A DNA stretch of 63,495 bases, the filler included, from Deltaproteobacteria bacterium (GTDB taxonomy: Bacteria > JAEEML01), in NCBI GenBank assembly GCA_016283195.1. It is 7 parts of 7 records of this genome, joined end to end, with 100 filler letters (N's around TTAATTAATTAA, not from the genome) between each part and the next. Parts side by side here need not be neighbours in the genome. Positions count along the whole stretch, not along the records: positions 1 to 12,992 come from JAEEML010000155.1; 6 more parts are not named here. The stretch is one strand, 5' to 3'. Positions 1 through 9,716 of the stretch are shown piece by piece (positions within the stretch are counted from its first letter, which is position 1; the number at the start of each line of letters is the position of its first letter). The notes beneath the pieces are model-generated. The model ran no database searches. It saw only the letters and a list, made by a program, of their open reading frames with translations, and was not told where the DNA came from. The translations under genes were made by a program, and so were the position numbers.

Positions 1-94
1 AGAAGCCAATAAAATCCACTACTTGTCTGGGTGAGGGAAGGAAAAAATGGAGAGGGGCGAGAAGCCAATAAAATCCACTACTTGTCGTGGTGAG
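1..94 (+). repeat. Two ~35-bp direct repeats (1-35 and 60-94, period 59) belonging to a dispersed element family also at 7456-7490, 9075-9108 and 9536-9570
   Basis: agaagccaataaaatccactacttgtc[tg/gt]ggtgag occurs twice. Its reverse complement matches 9536-9570 at 29/35 positions. Confidence 0.8.
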
Positions 95-137
95 AACCGC
101 CGGCGCGGCAGGTTTGTTTTCACCAGCGACTTTCTTT
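84..137 (+). terminator. Long imperfect stem-loop followed by a T-rich tract
   Basis: gtcgtggtgagaac...gttttcaccagcgac arms with an inner gccg/cggc stem, then tttcttt. Confidence 0.4.
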
Positions 138-346
138 GTACAGCCCGAGCAGGCCATTATGCGCTTGGAAATAGCTTTTGACATTGTCTTAAAAATTGTG
201 GTAAGCCACGCTTCGGCTCTCGCCTCCTGGCAGGAGGCTGCTAGGAGCAAGGTCTTTTGGCAGGGAAATAGGCCGGAGGGCCGATTTAACCCCGTTTTTG
301 TGGAACAGCAGTGTTGCTAACCACATGTTTTTATAGGATTATACAC

Positions 347-1534
347 ATGAAATATTCATCTTTCTGGCCCTTTTTGCTTTCGGCGGCTCTAGTATTTGCG
401 GCATGTAAAGATAACAAATCTAATCCGAGTTCAGAACCAACCGCTTCCGAGAAAGGTTCAGCCAAGCACGATACTTCCACCGACGATACTTCAACTGATG
501 ATACCGCTACCGATGATACTTCCACCGACGAAGAAGCAGGGCTTAGGGCCGCAGCGCTGGACGATTTGCCAAAAAATATGGAGCTCAAGCTGTTTGACCA
601 GACTGTTTATCTCTCCACAGGCAGCAAACAGGGCCTCTTTGCTCTCCGTATTCCCGATGAGCTTTGGATTATCACCTATTCGGATTTTGCGGGCGGTGAA
701 TTGCTGTTTAAGGAGGGCAGTGTTGGTAAACAAAACGTCGATACCGATGCTGCAAAAATGATTGTAGGGCATCTCACAGAAGGGATTAAGCTCTCGTTTA
801 AAGTGGACAAGGAGGATAAGCTCCGCTATGCCGTTAATGGAGCTCATGATTACAGCGAAGCGTTTAAAGCCAGCGTTGCCGTGCAAAAGGGCAAGGTTTC
901 AAAAGCCGATGTACTCAAGAATAAAATCTATACCTGCGCCGCCGGCGAGGAGACGCAAGTATTCACTTTCTTTGATGATGCCTATATTTTTGAAAATTTT
1001 GCTGATGAAAAAGTGACTTTCTGGCAAGCCGGCCACTATGACATTCAGCGCAGTACTTTGCTAATGCTCCCGGCTTATTTTGGGGCCTCGGCTGATTCGA
1101 TGTACACCTATGCTGTTGGGGAAGATGATTCGATAACTGCTGGTGGTGTAAAAATGGATTGTACCGTTGAAGAATCCGAGTACGAATACGAAACAGCAAG
1201 CGATTTTGTGGGCGATTGGGTAGCGATAAAAAATAGTATTAATTGGAAATTCTCGCTCAAAGCCGAGGGCACCTTTGAACTTTCCGCCCATGATGGCGAG
1301 AATCTGGTTGATTCTATGTCCGGAAATTGGGAAGTTTATGGCTACCATCTGATGCTGCGTAACAATAATTGTTTGCATCCGGATAGCTGTTTCCCTGGCA
1401 TCCATGGCCAGCTCCAGGCCGGTCCAATCGATCGGGAAACCGGCAAAATAAGCGGCTTCTCGTTTATTCATTCTGCTAGAAATGCAACACCCGCCATTCC
1501 GACTTCCTTTGAAGCCGCAGAATATACAAAATAA
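347..1534 (+). CDS. Lipoprotein with DDTST low-complexity repeats and beta-rich (lipocalin-like) domains
   Basis: Start placed at ATG 347 (MKYSSFWPFLLSAALVFAAC lipobox). Tandem DDTST/DDTAT linker; WKFSLKAEGTFEL...GNWEV motif. Confidence 0.75.
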   Translation: MKYSSFWPFLLSAALVFAACKDNKSNPSSEPTASEKGSAKHDTSTDDTSTDDTATDDTSTDEEAGLRAAALDDLPKNMELKLFDQTVYLSTGSKQGLFALRIPDELWIITYSDFAGGELLFKEGSVGKQNVDTDAAKMIVGHLTEGIKLSFKVDKEDKLRYAVNGAHDYSEAFKASVAVQKGKVSKADVLKNKIYTCAAGEETQVFTFFDDAYIFENFADEKVTFWQAGHYDIQRSTLLMLPAYFGASADSMYTYAVGEDDSITAGGVKMDCTVEESEYEYETASDFVGDWVAIKNSINWKFSLKAEGTFELSAHDGENLVDSMSGNWEVYGYHLMLRNNNCLHPDSCFPGIHGQLQAGPIDRETGKISGFSFIHSARNATPAIPTSFEAAEYTK

Positions 1535-1636
1535 TCGCAATCTAAGAATTATAAAATATCAATAAAATCCAGTAGCTAGTTCGTAGAAGAGAAAGAACCC
1601 TAAACGCTCCCGAAATTTTAGAGGCCTTAATATAAA

Positions 1637-1704
1637 TTAGCCAAGCCTAACAAAATTCTTGAAACCGAATTTATAATAATATAAAGAGACTAGGTGCGTC
1701 TAGT
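1637..1704 (+). promoter_or_regulatory. Two palindromic putative metal-repressor boxes upstream of feoA
   Basis: ttag-ccaagc-ctaa (1637-1650) and actag-gtgcgt-ctagt (1689-1704); resembles DtxR/MntR-family operators. Confidence 0.55.
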
Positions 1705-1730
1705 TTAATTAGCCGCATTTAGGAGAAAAA

Positions 1731-1973
1731 ATGAAAAAATTAGCAGATTTAACCCCAAATGCCAGCGGGGTAATCAGCGCCATCAATGGCGATAATCGCT
1801 TTGTGAACCGGGTGACGGCCATTGGGCTTACGCCGGGCTCGCGGGTGACAGTTATTAAAAATGACCAAAACCGCCCGCTTTTGGTCTATTCCAGAGACAC
1901 CATGATAGCTCTTAACCGCACAGAATGTAAGGGAATTGAAGTAGAGGAAGAAAGCAGCGGAGGTGCCCGATGA
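1731..1973 (+). CDS. feoA: Ferrous iron transport protein A
   Basis: 80 aa SH3-like protein (LADL...RVTAIGLTPGSRVTVI...IALNR), AGGAG RBS, overlaps feoB start. Confidence 0.93.
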   Translation: MKKLADLTPNASGVISAINGDNRFVNRVTAIGLTPGSRVTVIKNDQNRPLLVYSRDTMIALNRTECKGIEVEEESSGGAR

Positions 1974-4027
1974 GCGAGAAAAATGAGACGGTAATCGCTC
2001 TTTTGGGGCAGCCGAATTCCGGAAAATCCACCCTCTTTAATGCCTTAACCGGCCTAAAGCAGCATGTGGGCAACTGGCCAGGCAAAACTGTAGAAAAGAG
2101 GGAAGGGTATTTTGAACACGGCGGCCAAAAATACAAAGTGGTGGATTTGCCGGGGAGCTACAGCTTGTCGGCGAGTTCCGATGAGGAGATTATTACCCGC
2201 GACTACATTGCCGGAGGCCTAGCCGATGTGGTTTGCATTTTGGCTGACAGCTCGCAGCTGGAGCGCAGCCTCTATATGCTGGCCGACTATGTGGGGATTA
2301 ACGTGCCCTGTTTTCTTCTCTTAAATATGTGCGATGTAGCGGAGGAGCAGGGGCAAAAAATAGCTATAGCCGCCCTGGAAGAGAAGCTGGCCATTCCTGC
2401 GGTGCTTTTTTCGGCGCCGGAAGCCAAAAATTATGGCGCTTTTTACGGAGCGTTAGCGCGGGCAGTAAGTGAGAAAAAACGTTTAGACGCCAGCGCACTC
2501 GACAAAAAATATAGTGAAATAGCCGCTTACGGCAAAATCAAGGCACTTTTACCGGCCGATCTTATGCCGGGGTTTTCGCCGGTGTGGCTAGCCGCCAAAG
2601 CCGTGGAAGGCGATGGGCCGGTTTGTGCTAAAATCCGCGCCGCTCTCGCCGCCGCCGGGGAGGAGGAAACACGTCAGGCCTTTGAGGCTGCTATGGCTTC
2701 CGTAAGCGGTACCACCGCCGAACATAGAGGCGTGTTACTAACGGGAGCGCGTAAATTTGCCTGGATAGACGACTTGCTGCGGGACACAGTGACCAAGCCG
2801 GCCCAAGAACACGCGCTTAGTAAATCAGACCGCCTCTTTACTCACCGTATTTGGGGTAAACCTGCTGTAATTATTACTGTTCTTTTGGGCCTCATTGCCT
2901 CTTTTATTCCTGCTCTGCCCTTTATGGCTCTTGGTATGGGGCTGGGGGCGCTCAATGCGCCGGTGCGTGAGTTGCTAACGGGGGCCGGCTGCCCACTCCT
3001 CCTCACCTCGCTCATTAGCGATGTGTTTATTCGCTCTCTCGGCTTTATTGTGCAAATGCTGGGCTTTGTTTTTGGCGTGACTCTCGTCTTTGGTCTCTTG
3101 GAAGAAATTGGCATAATGGCTCGTATTTCCTATGTTTTTGATAATACCATGTCTAAGCTTGGCTTGCAGGGAAAATCGGTTATGCCCTTTCTTGTGAGCT
3201 TTGGTTGCACCATGGGCGGGGCTGCCGGAACACGCGTTATCGACAACTGGGGGCAAAAAGTTTTAACCATTGCTTTGGCCTGGGCCGTGCCTTGCGGGGC
3301 CACCTGGGCTGTTGTGCCCATGCTGGCCACCGTTTGGTTTGGGGCAGGGGCGCCGCTCGTAATTGCGGCTATTTTGGCTATTATGATTTTGCACATGTGG
3401 CTCACCTCGAAAATATTTGGCCGCCTGCTGGTAAAACCGGCCGACCGCCAGGGCATGATTATGGAGCTCCCGCCATATCATAAGCCCAAATGGGCCGCGC
3501 TCTTCCGCTATGTGCTGGGGCGCACCAAAGATACATTTTTCCGCGTACTTAGAGTGGTGCTTTTGGTGGCTTTTCTCTTTTGGCTGCTCTCCTTTTCGGC
3601 GAGCGGGCGCATTGAGGATTCTCTTTTATATATCGTGGGTACGGCTATTGAGCCCTTTACCAAGCTCTTTGGCCTTAGCTGGCAAACTTTTATGGCCTTT
3701 GTTGCTTCATCCATCGGCAAAGAGGGCGCCATCGGCGTTCTCAGCACCATTTTCAGCGGGAGCGGTGCGGTTAATTTTGGCACCGTGATGGGCGAAACAG
3801 CAAACGCCGCCAATCTTAATGAACTTTTGCTGGCGAGTGTTGGTAAACCGGAAGCGCTGGCTTTTATCCTGGCTGTCACCTTTAATATGCCATGCATTGT
3901 AGCGCTCGCGGCCACTTATCAGGAGACCCATTCCGCCAAATGGACAGCCATCATCGCCGCCTACTATACTGTGGGCGCCCTCATTTTAGCCTGCATCGCC
4001 TATCATATCGGCCTGCTGCTTTGGTGA
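1970..4027 (+). CDS. feoB: Ferrous iron transport protein B
   Basis: GQPNSGKS, VGNWPGKTVE, DLPGSYS and NMCD GTPase motifs; polytopic membrane domain with MELPPY. Confidence 0.97.
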   Translation: MSEKNETVIALLGQPNSGKSTLFNALTGLKQHVGNWPGKTVEKREGYFEHGGQKYKVVDLPGSYSLSASSDEEIITRDYIAGGLADVVCILADSSQLERSLYMLADYVGINVPCFLLLNMCDVAEEQGQKIAIAALEEKLAIPAVLFSAPEAKNYGAFYGALARAVSEKKRLDASALDKKYSEIAAYGKIKALLPADLMPGFSPVWLAAKAVEGDGPVCAKIRAALAAAGEEETRQAFEAAMASVSGTTAEHRGVLLTGARKFAWIDDLLRDTVTKPAQEHALSKSDRLFTHRIWGKPAVIITVLLGLIASFIPALPFMALGMGLGALNAPVRELLTGAGCPLLLTSLISDVFIRSLGFIVQMLGFVFGVTLVFGLLEEIGIMARISYVFDNTMSKLGLQGKSVMPFLVSFGCTMGGAAGTRVIDNWGQKVLTIALAWAVPCGATWAVVPMLATVWFGAGAPLVIAAILAIMILHMWLTSKIFGRLLVKPADRQGMIMELPPYHKPKWAALFRYVLGRTKDTFFRVLRVVLLVAFLFWLLSFSASGRIEDSLLYIVGTAIEPFTKLFGLSWQTFMAFVASSIGKEGAIGVLSTIFSGSGAVNFGTVMGETANAANLNELLLASVGKPEALAFILAVTFNMPCIVALAATYQETHSAKWTAIIAAYYTVGALILACIAYHIGLLLW

Positions 4028-4031
4028 GAAA

Positions 4032-4301
4032 ATGGAAGAAATTCTGGCGCTTTTAAAAGATGGGCGCTCCCGCTCGGTGGAAATGCTGGCCAAAGAGCTG
4101 GGCACTTCACCGGAAGATATCAGGCGCAAGATAGAATTTTTGGAACAAGCGGGGATTATTCGCCGGCTTGCCGAAACTCCGGCCGCAGCTTCTCCCTGCG
4201 CCGCTTGCCACGGCTCTTCATCTTGTGCCGGCTGCCCGGGCTGCTGCCCGGCGGAAGGGTTGAAAAATATGGGCACCAGGTGGGTTGTGCAAGAAGCCTG
4301 A
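4032..4301 (+). CDS. FeoC-like winged-helix protein with Cys-rich (Fe-S/metal-binding) wing
   Basis: HTH (LAKELGTSPEDIRRKIEFLEQAGII) plus CAACH...CAGCPGCC, directly after feoB. Confidence 0.8.
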   Translation: MEEILALLKDGRSRSVEMLAKELGTSPEDIRRKIEFLEQAGIIRRLAETPAAASPCAACHGSSSCAGCPGCCPAEGLKNMGTRWVVQEA

Positions 4302-4319
4302 AAATATCAGCTTTGGCCA

Positions 4320-5462
4320 TTATCCAAAGAGCCGCGCCAAAAAGCCTTTCTTTTCATAAGGTTCTTCTTTTATCTCTGTCACGCTGTAGCCGGTGTCACC
4401 AACCACGCTTTTTAGCTTTTCTTTATCCAGCGGAGTTTCCGAGAGAATCACTGTTTCGCCCTTACTATGAGAAGAGGTGACTTTTTTAACTTTAAAGGCT
4501 GCTCTTACATGGTCGTTAATATGCGCTTCGCACATGGAGCACATCATGCCGGAAATTTTTAGTGTGGTTTTGGTCAGGCCACCGGCGCCAGGCGAGGGAA
4601 GCATCTTCTTGGCCGGGAGCAGAAGCATTTGGGCCTTTTCTTTGGTGTCATCGCTTTCATCATAGCCATCATAGGGGGCGCTGGGATCCGGCACCCGCTT
4701 CATCAGCGGCGAGCAAAGCTTATCTCTATGGGCAAAAACCATAGTCAAATCATCTGACCAGCCGGTGTGCCCGGTGATTACCACAATGCGCTTCTTACGT
4801 GCCAGGAGATTGGCTTCCAGCTTTTCCAGACTCCTTATGGCGAGCCGGTTATCTTCGGCCAGCGTACTGATAAAACTATAACCACCATCGGCCCCAAACC
4901 AAATGGTATCGCCGGTAAAAAGATATGTATCATCAATGAGATAGACCATGTGCCCCCAAGTGTGGCCCGGGACTAAAAGGCATTCTATTTTGATGCCCTC
5001 TATCTCTAAAATTTGCCCGTCTTTAAGTAGTTCCCGCCGGTTATCGGTTTTTACCAGCGGCAATTTATAAAGGCCGTGAATGACTTTGCGCCGCACCTCG
5101 CCGGTTAAATAGCGATTCTCAATTTCGCTGAGATATATGGTGGCTTCTTTAAAGAGCAGGTCGCTGTCCTGTTCCAAAGCGCCCACATGGTCGGTATCCT
5201 GATGGGTGATGAGAATATGCTTTATGGCCGCCGGGTCGATATTTAGCCAATCCATTTTTTCTTTTAATCTTCTATAGTTGTAGCCGGCGTCTATCATGAT
5301 GGTAACGCCGTTTTTGCTATAAAAGAAGATATTGGCCACCCACTCGCGCACACAGGCCACATGTTCATCGATGCGCCCGGTGTTGAGTGGCTTAAAAATT
5401 TCTTTACCGCGGTAAATGCGGCTCATGGACCTTCTCTGATTTTCGCTGTCTTTCCTAGACAT
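4320..5462 (-). CDS. MBL-fold metallo-hydrolase fused to C-terminal heavy-metal-associated (HMA) domain
   Basis: THQDTDH, PGHT, FTGD and GHTG MBL motifs; GMMCSMC HMA motif. Start placed at ATG 5462. Confidence 0.85.
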   Translation of the reverse strand: MSRKDSENQRRSMSRIYRGKEIFKPLNTGRIDEHVACVREWVANIFFYSKNGVTIMIDAGYNYRRLKEKMDWLNIDPAAIKHILITHQDTDHVGALEQDSDLLFKEATIYLSEIENRYLTGEVRRKVIHGLYKLPLVKTDNRRELLKDGQILEIEGIKIECLLVPGHTWGHMVYLIDDTYLFTGDTIWFGADGGYSFISTLAEDNRLAIRSLEKLEANLLARKKRIVVITGHTGWSDDLTMVFAHRDKLCSPLMKRVPDPSAPYDGYDESDDTKEKAQMLLLPAKKMLPSPGAGGLTKTTLKISGMMCSMCEAHINDHVRAAFKVKKVTSSHSKGETVILSETPLDKEKLKSVVGDTGYSVTEIKEEPYEKKGFLARLFG

Positions 5463-5478
5463 TTTATAGCCTTTCTTT

Positions 5479-6093
5479 TTATTCCGCTGTGCTGGCTCTT
5501 TGGCATTCGGCATACATCATGGCAATGCGCGCCGCCATCTCGCGGCTAAAAGTCACCCGGTAGCCATTTTTCTCTAAAAATTCGAGATATTGCCTGGCCG
5601 ACCACTGATGTTCAAAGCTGATGCCGGCCAGGCGCAAAACGCCCGACCAGAGGCGGCTTTTAAAAGTGCCCTTGTGTTCCACAAAATTGGGCGCGATGAG
5701 CAGGCCGCCGGGGCGCAAAACGCGGTCTATCTCACAAAGCGCCCTTTCCGGCTGCGGTATAATGTGCAAAGCATTTGAAATTATTACCACATCAAAAGAA
5801 TTATCGCTATATGGCAAGGCGGTGGCATCGGCCACCGCAAAAGTGAGATTTTCCGGGCAATCGCCTTTTTGCGCCTCGGCTATCATGCCGGTGGAATAGT
5901 CGGTGGCCACCATCCTTTTGGCCGCCGGAGCCACATGTTTGGCGAGTAGCCCCGGCCCGGTAGCAATTTCCAGCACCTCTTTGCCGCTGATTTTCTCGGG
6001 AATCCGCGCATACATAAAATCATAAATCTGCTGATCGGCCTTCATGGCCCTCTTGTAGATAGGAGCATAAAGATCCCAGGTTTTTTTATTCAT
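5479..6093 (-). CDS. Class I SAM-dependent methyltransferase (UbiE-like)
   Basis: VLEIATGPG, ADATALPYSDNSFDVV, RVLRPGG. Start placed at ATG 6093 with GAGG RBS. Confidence 0.9.
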   Translation of the reverse strand: MNKKTWDLYAPIYKRAMKADQQIYDFMYARIPEKISGKEVLEIATGPGLLAKHVAPAAKRMVATDYSTGMIAEAQKGDCPENLTFAVADATALPYSDNSFDVVIISNALHIIPQPERALCEIDRVLRPGGLLIAPNFVEHKGTFKSRLWSGVLRLAGISFEHQWSARQYLEFLEKNGYRVTFSREMAARIAMMYAECQRASTAE

Positions 6094-6117
6094 AAAGCGC
6101 CTCTTTTCTACTCGCCA

Positions 6118-6133
6118 ATTAGGCAGAGCTAAT
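6118..6133 (-). promoter_or_regulatory. Palindromic TTAG-N6-CTAA box upstream of the methyltransferase
   Basis: attag-gcagag-ctaat, same geometry as the boxes before feoA. Confidence 0.5.
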
Positions 6134-6425
6134 AATTGTAATATTGTCAAATTAAGAGGCGGTCAAGCTCAAAATTGCGGCGGCTTTGTTTGATACAAGG
6201 GGCCGAAAATTGCAAAGCGTGGCAGCGCAAGGAATGGCTTTTAAAACTGGCCATTCCGGAGCATGGACTTTTTTGGCCGCTTGTGGTCTGCCCGCTGGCC
6301 GGCCTGCTGGTGGCGGGTATTGGGTTTATTATGGAGTGAAAGCGACAGCCTGTGGCGCTATAACGCCTCTGGAAATCATGTAGTAGGCCATACTAAGTAG
6401 CGAAAAGCCTTTAAATCTTTGACAT

Positions 6426-7266
6426 TTATTCGGGTGCCTCTGTTTTGTCAGAAATTGCCAAGATTTTTTGCGCAGAAAAATCAAGAGTCTGAATTGTCCG
6501 CAGCTGTTTAAGGGCCATTTCGCGCAAAAGTTCTAGGCGGCGTGGCTGTTTGATATTTTGTTCAATAAGAATCGCGTTATAGCTTTCAAGGTTTGCGAGC
6601 ACCAAAAGATGATGTAAATCAGTGTAATCGCGGATATTTTCTTTTTTGCCGGGATTATCTTTGCGCCACATTTAATAAATCGGCTTCATCGGCATAAACA
6701 AAAGATTTTTGCGCCGCGGTAAGCTCGGGAATTATAAGATTTTCCTTAATGGCATCAGTATGGATTTTATAATTAAGTTTTGAAATTTCGCGGTTTAGGT
6801 TCCAGTTTAAAGAAAGCCGGGAGTTTTCATCGGCTTTGAGGCGGCGATAATCTTTTATTATGTATAGCTGGAATTCAGGAGAAAGCCAGGTTGCGAATGA
6901 CATTGCAATATCTGTATGGGCAAAGGTTCCACCACCATAGCGACCAGATTTTGAGACAATGCCAATTGCATTTGTCTGTTCAATCCATTTAGTTGGGGTC
7001 ATGACAAAACGATTTGCGCCAGCTTCATTTTTAACCGTGTCGAATTGCACACGGTTAAAATCAGGATTATGCAATGTTTCCCAAACGCCAAGAAACTCTA
7101 TTGTATTGCGATTTCGCATCCAGTTCTGAATTACAAATCTTGGATCATCTTCATTGCGATATTTTGCAATATCGGTCAGAGAAATAAACTCATTTTCAAA
7201 ATCGGTGGTGTAAATGCCAATCTCAATTCCCTGAGCATGAATTGTGTCTTTTACTACTTTAGTCAT
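6426..7266 (-). pseudogene. KilA-N domain protein split by a frameshifting short deletion
   Basis: ISLTDIAK...WMRNRNTIEFLG...GRYGGGTFAH (KilA-N). Frame ends YADEADLLNVAQR*; the natural C-terminus WRKDNPGKKENIRDY continues in another frame at 6671. Confidence 0.85.
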
Positions 7267-7355
7267 TAGAGTTTCCCTCCCTCAAAGCCGCAAATTCGCC
7301 TTAGATAGTCGTCGCGCCAGGATTCCTTGCACTCGATTAGCTGGCTCTCCGGCAT
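7266..7355 (-). pseudogene. 29-aa stub of an AlbA_2 (Schlafen-type) N-terminus, stop overlapping the KilA-N start
   Basis: Hand translation MPESQLIECKESWRDDYLRRICGFEGGKL*; TAATG overlap at 7264-7268. Confidence 0.7.
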
Positions 7356-7380
7356 TGTGCGCTCCTCTCTCTTCCGCTAC

Positions 7381-7490
7381 TGGCGGGCAAAGTCCACAAC
7401 TTGTATTATCCGCCGGCGGCAGTTTTGGCTAGCCATTCTCGCCATTTTTTCATCCATCGCCCCGCTAATTATTGAATTTTATTGGTATCT
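7381..7490 (-). repeat. Dispersed promoter-like repeat, copy upstream of an AlbA stub
   Basis: 7381-7433 matches 9421-9473 at 50/53; 7456-7490 matches 9536-9570 at 28/35. Confidence 0.85.
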
Positions 7491-7529
7491 GGCAGACTAT
7501 AATGGCGGTAAGTAGCAGAGATTCTTTAT

Positions 7530-8908
7530 TCAGTATGGTTTATTATCCAATACAATCCACCTTCCGCGAGTTGTACCTTCACGTCTGATTAGTCCCATTT
7601 CTTTTAAATCAGCAATATCTCTTTTGATGGTTTTTTCGGAAACATCACATTCTTTAGCAATACTGGCAAGGCTTAAAAAACCGTCGTTTTTTAATAGAGT
7701 TAATATTATTTTGAGGCGCTCTGAAAGTTTATTGGCAGCAGAATTATCATTAGGGACATCATTAGGGACATTAGGGACATCATTAGGGACATTAGGGACA
7801 TTTTCGCTTTCCAAAGATCGGTAAATAAACACTGTATGAAAAAAATTAGGGCTTACAGAAAAAATATCTGGGGTATAGGCCTTCATCATGCGGTTCATGC
7901 CGGTTCCCAGCTGCTCAACCAATTCTACATCCTTAAAAATCCGCATTATTTCCCGGTTGCGAGGACGGGAACAACCGGAGACAAGCTCTTCTTTTGACAT
8001 GCCGTCAATGAGACCGCCATACGATACAATTTCTACTCTATCCACAAAAATGTAAAACGCTGGGCTCATAAGGTCTGAATAATCGTTATGCACAAAGGCG
8101 TTAATGACAGCTTCACGCAAAGAATCGCTGTCTATAAGGCGCTTTTCATGTCTAAACGGATAGGTAATTTTTGCCAATGTACGGTTTTCCACATTCAGCT
8201 TTTCCAGCACGGCTTTACAGGATTTTATGATTGAACAATAGCCGTATTCTTCGTTTTCAATAAGATCAGTTTTGTCTCTTCCCGCAAATTTTGCTACCTT
8301 TATGGTAATATCGTTTTGGTCGGCAAACAGAAAGGCGTTTATATTGTATTTTTTTCTTCCGTCAGAAAATTGAGCGAAGTTGTAAACTGTTCATTTAGGG
8401 TTTTGCCGTGCTCTTGATAGTAGATTTTAAGCTGCTCAAAGGTCAAATCCTGGCGTGGCGATGTAATTACAGAAAGGGAGTTACGAGTGCGACGGGCAAA
8501 GGCTTTTTCTATCATCGAACCGGTCATCTGTTCAATGCGGCTACCGTTGCGGATAAAGCAACCTTCGCTGGTCATGCCTTTTTCTTTTAGGTAATATGGT
8601 TTTTCCGTGCCGCTGGAAATGATGAGTTTTACAATGCTTTTGCCATTTACGTTTTCAAGTACAATGTCAAAAAGTCCCAGCGTTTCGCCACGAATATTAT
8701 TCTTTATTCTATCGGCAAGCTGGCATTGCAGCAAATCCGGGTTTTCAACTCCGCAGATTGTTCCGTCATCATCTATGCCGAAGTAAATAATACCGCCATT
8801 CTTGGAGTTTAGAAAAGCAATAACGGTCTGTTCAAGTTTATCAGTTAAGCCGCGCTTTAGCTCTATGTGCTGTGATTCGATAAATTCGCCTTTCAATTTA
8901 TACCTCAA
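7530..8908 (-). pseudogene. AlbA_2 + HATPase_c_4 (RecG C-terminal-like) + HTH protein, frameshifted at an A7 tract
   Basis: ESQHIELK...IAFLNSKNGGIIYFGIDDDG; LREAVINAFVHNDY...SRPRN...EQLGTG; C-terminal HTH. One extra A at 8349-8355 joins both ORFs through YNINAFLFADQNDITIKVAKFAG. Confidence 0.85.
7750..7800 (-). repeat. 9/12-bp coding tandem repeat (NVP/NDVP linker)
   Basis: tagggaca(t/tcat) repeated five times. Confidence 0.85.
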
Positions 8909-9187
8909 ATTTGCAATGCATTAAACCAGTTATGATTTCCTCCACAACCTTTATCTCATCCACGGTCAGGCAGTATGACCAATATAAAAGGGACATTCCA
9001 CCCCGGCGGGCGCAGTATAGCAGAATAGCGGCGGGGCGGGGAAGAGCTATTTGCGGGGGCTACCCGGCACGGCCCTCACCAGGCAACTATTGGGAATCAT
9101 TGCAATTTGCCGCCAATCCGTTTTTACAAATGGCGAGGGGCTCCTCTGCGGCTTTGTGGTTAGTTCTCGGCGCTGGCTCTTTTTTTC

Positions 9188-9400
9188 TTAACTGAAATGC
9201 CCGTCTCTTATGATTCTTTTCCTTGATTTTATTCTGTTCTTTCCTCTTTCGGGGAGGAACCCCGCTAGGGGCTCGGTGGCTTGTTTGGCAAAAGCAACAG
9301 CCGTTTTCAAAAACTTGATATGCTCATCGGGAATCTGACGCTTGTATTCCAAAGTGTTTGATTCCGGCAGAACAGGTGGAAAAACGGTTTTGTCTGGCAT
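9188..9400 (-). pseudogene. Truncated AlbA_2 N-terminus
   Basis: PESNTLEYKRQIPDEHIKFLKTAVAFA, then similarity is lost. Confidence 0.65.
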
Positions 9401-9420
9401 CTCAAGCTCATTTTTTTGCC

Positions 9421-9570
9421 TGGCGGGCAAAGTTCACAACTTGTATCATCCGGCGGCGGCAGTTTTGGCTAGCTAAAAGCCGGTTAAGGGGGGCAGGAAT
9501 TATGGATGGATAGGCAAGGCAGACGGTAGGCTGGCATCACCAAGACAACTATTGGATTTTATTGGTATCT
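9421..9570 (-). repeat. Dispersed promoter-like repeat, copy upstream of an AlbA stub
   Basis: Matches 7381-7433 and 7456-7490, and the reverse complement of 1-35. Confidence 0.85.
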
Positions 9571-9607
9571 AACACGCCATGGTTTCGCCTTCATCTCTCT
9601 TTGCCCC

Positions 9608-9700
9608 TCACATTTCTCGCAACTTGCACTCTATAAACTCCACTTCTTCCTCATTTAAGCAATATTTCTTGTAAAGCGCCGACCGATTTCGGAGATGGAG
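9608..9700 (-). pseudogene. C-terminal remnant of an Eco57I-like restriction-modification enzyme
   Basis: Hand translation SISEIG../ALYKKYCLNEEEVEFIECKLREM*, resembling the LYKKYGLSEEEIAFIE tail of that family. Confidence 0.5.
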
Positions 9701-9716
9701 GAAAAGGTTAGTGTTA

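Noticed and set aside
1-94. Possible end of a CRISPR array (27-35 nt repeat, 59-nt period)
   Set aside because: Only two copies and no cas genes. The 'spacer' itself resembles sequence beside the copy at 7456-7490, so this is a dispersed element.
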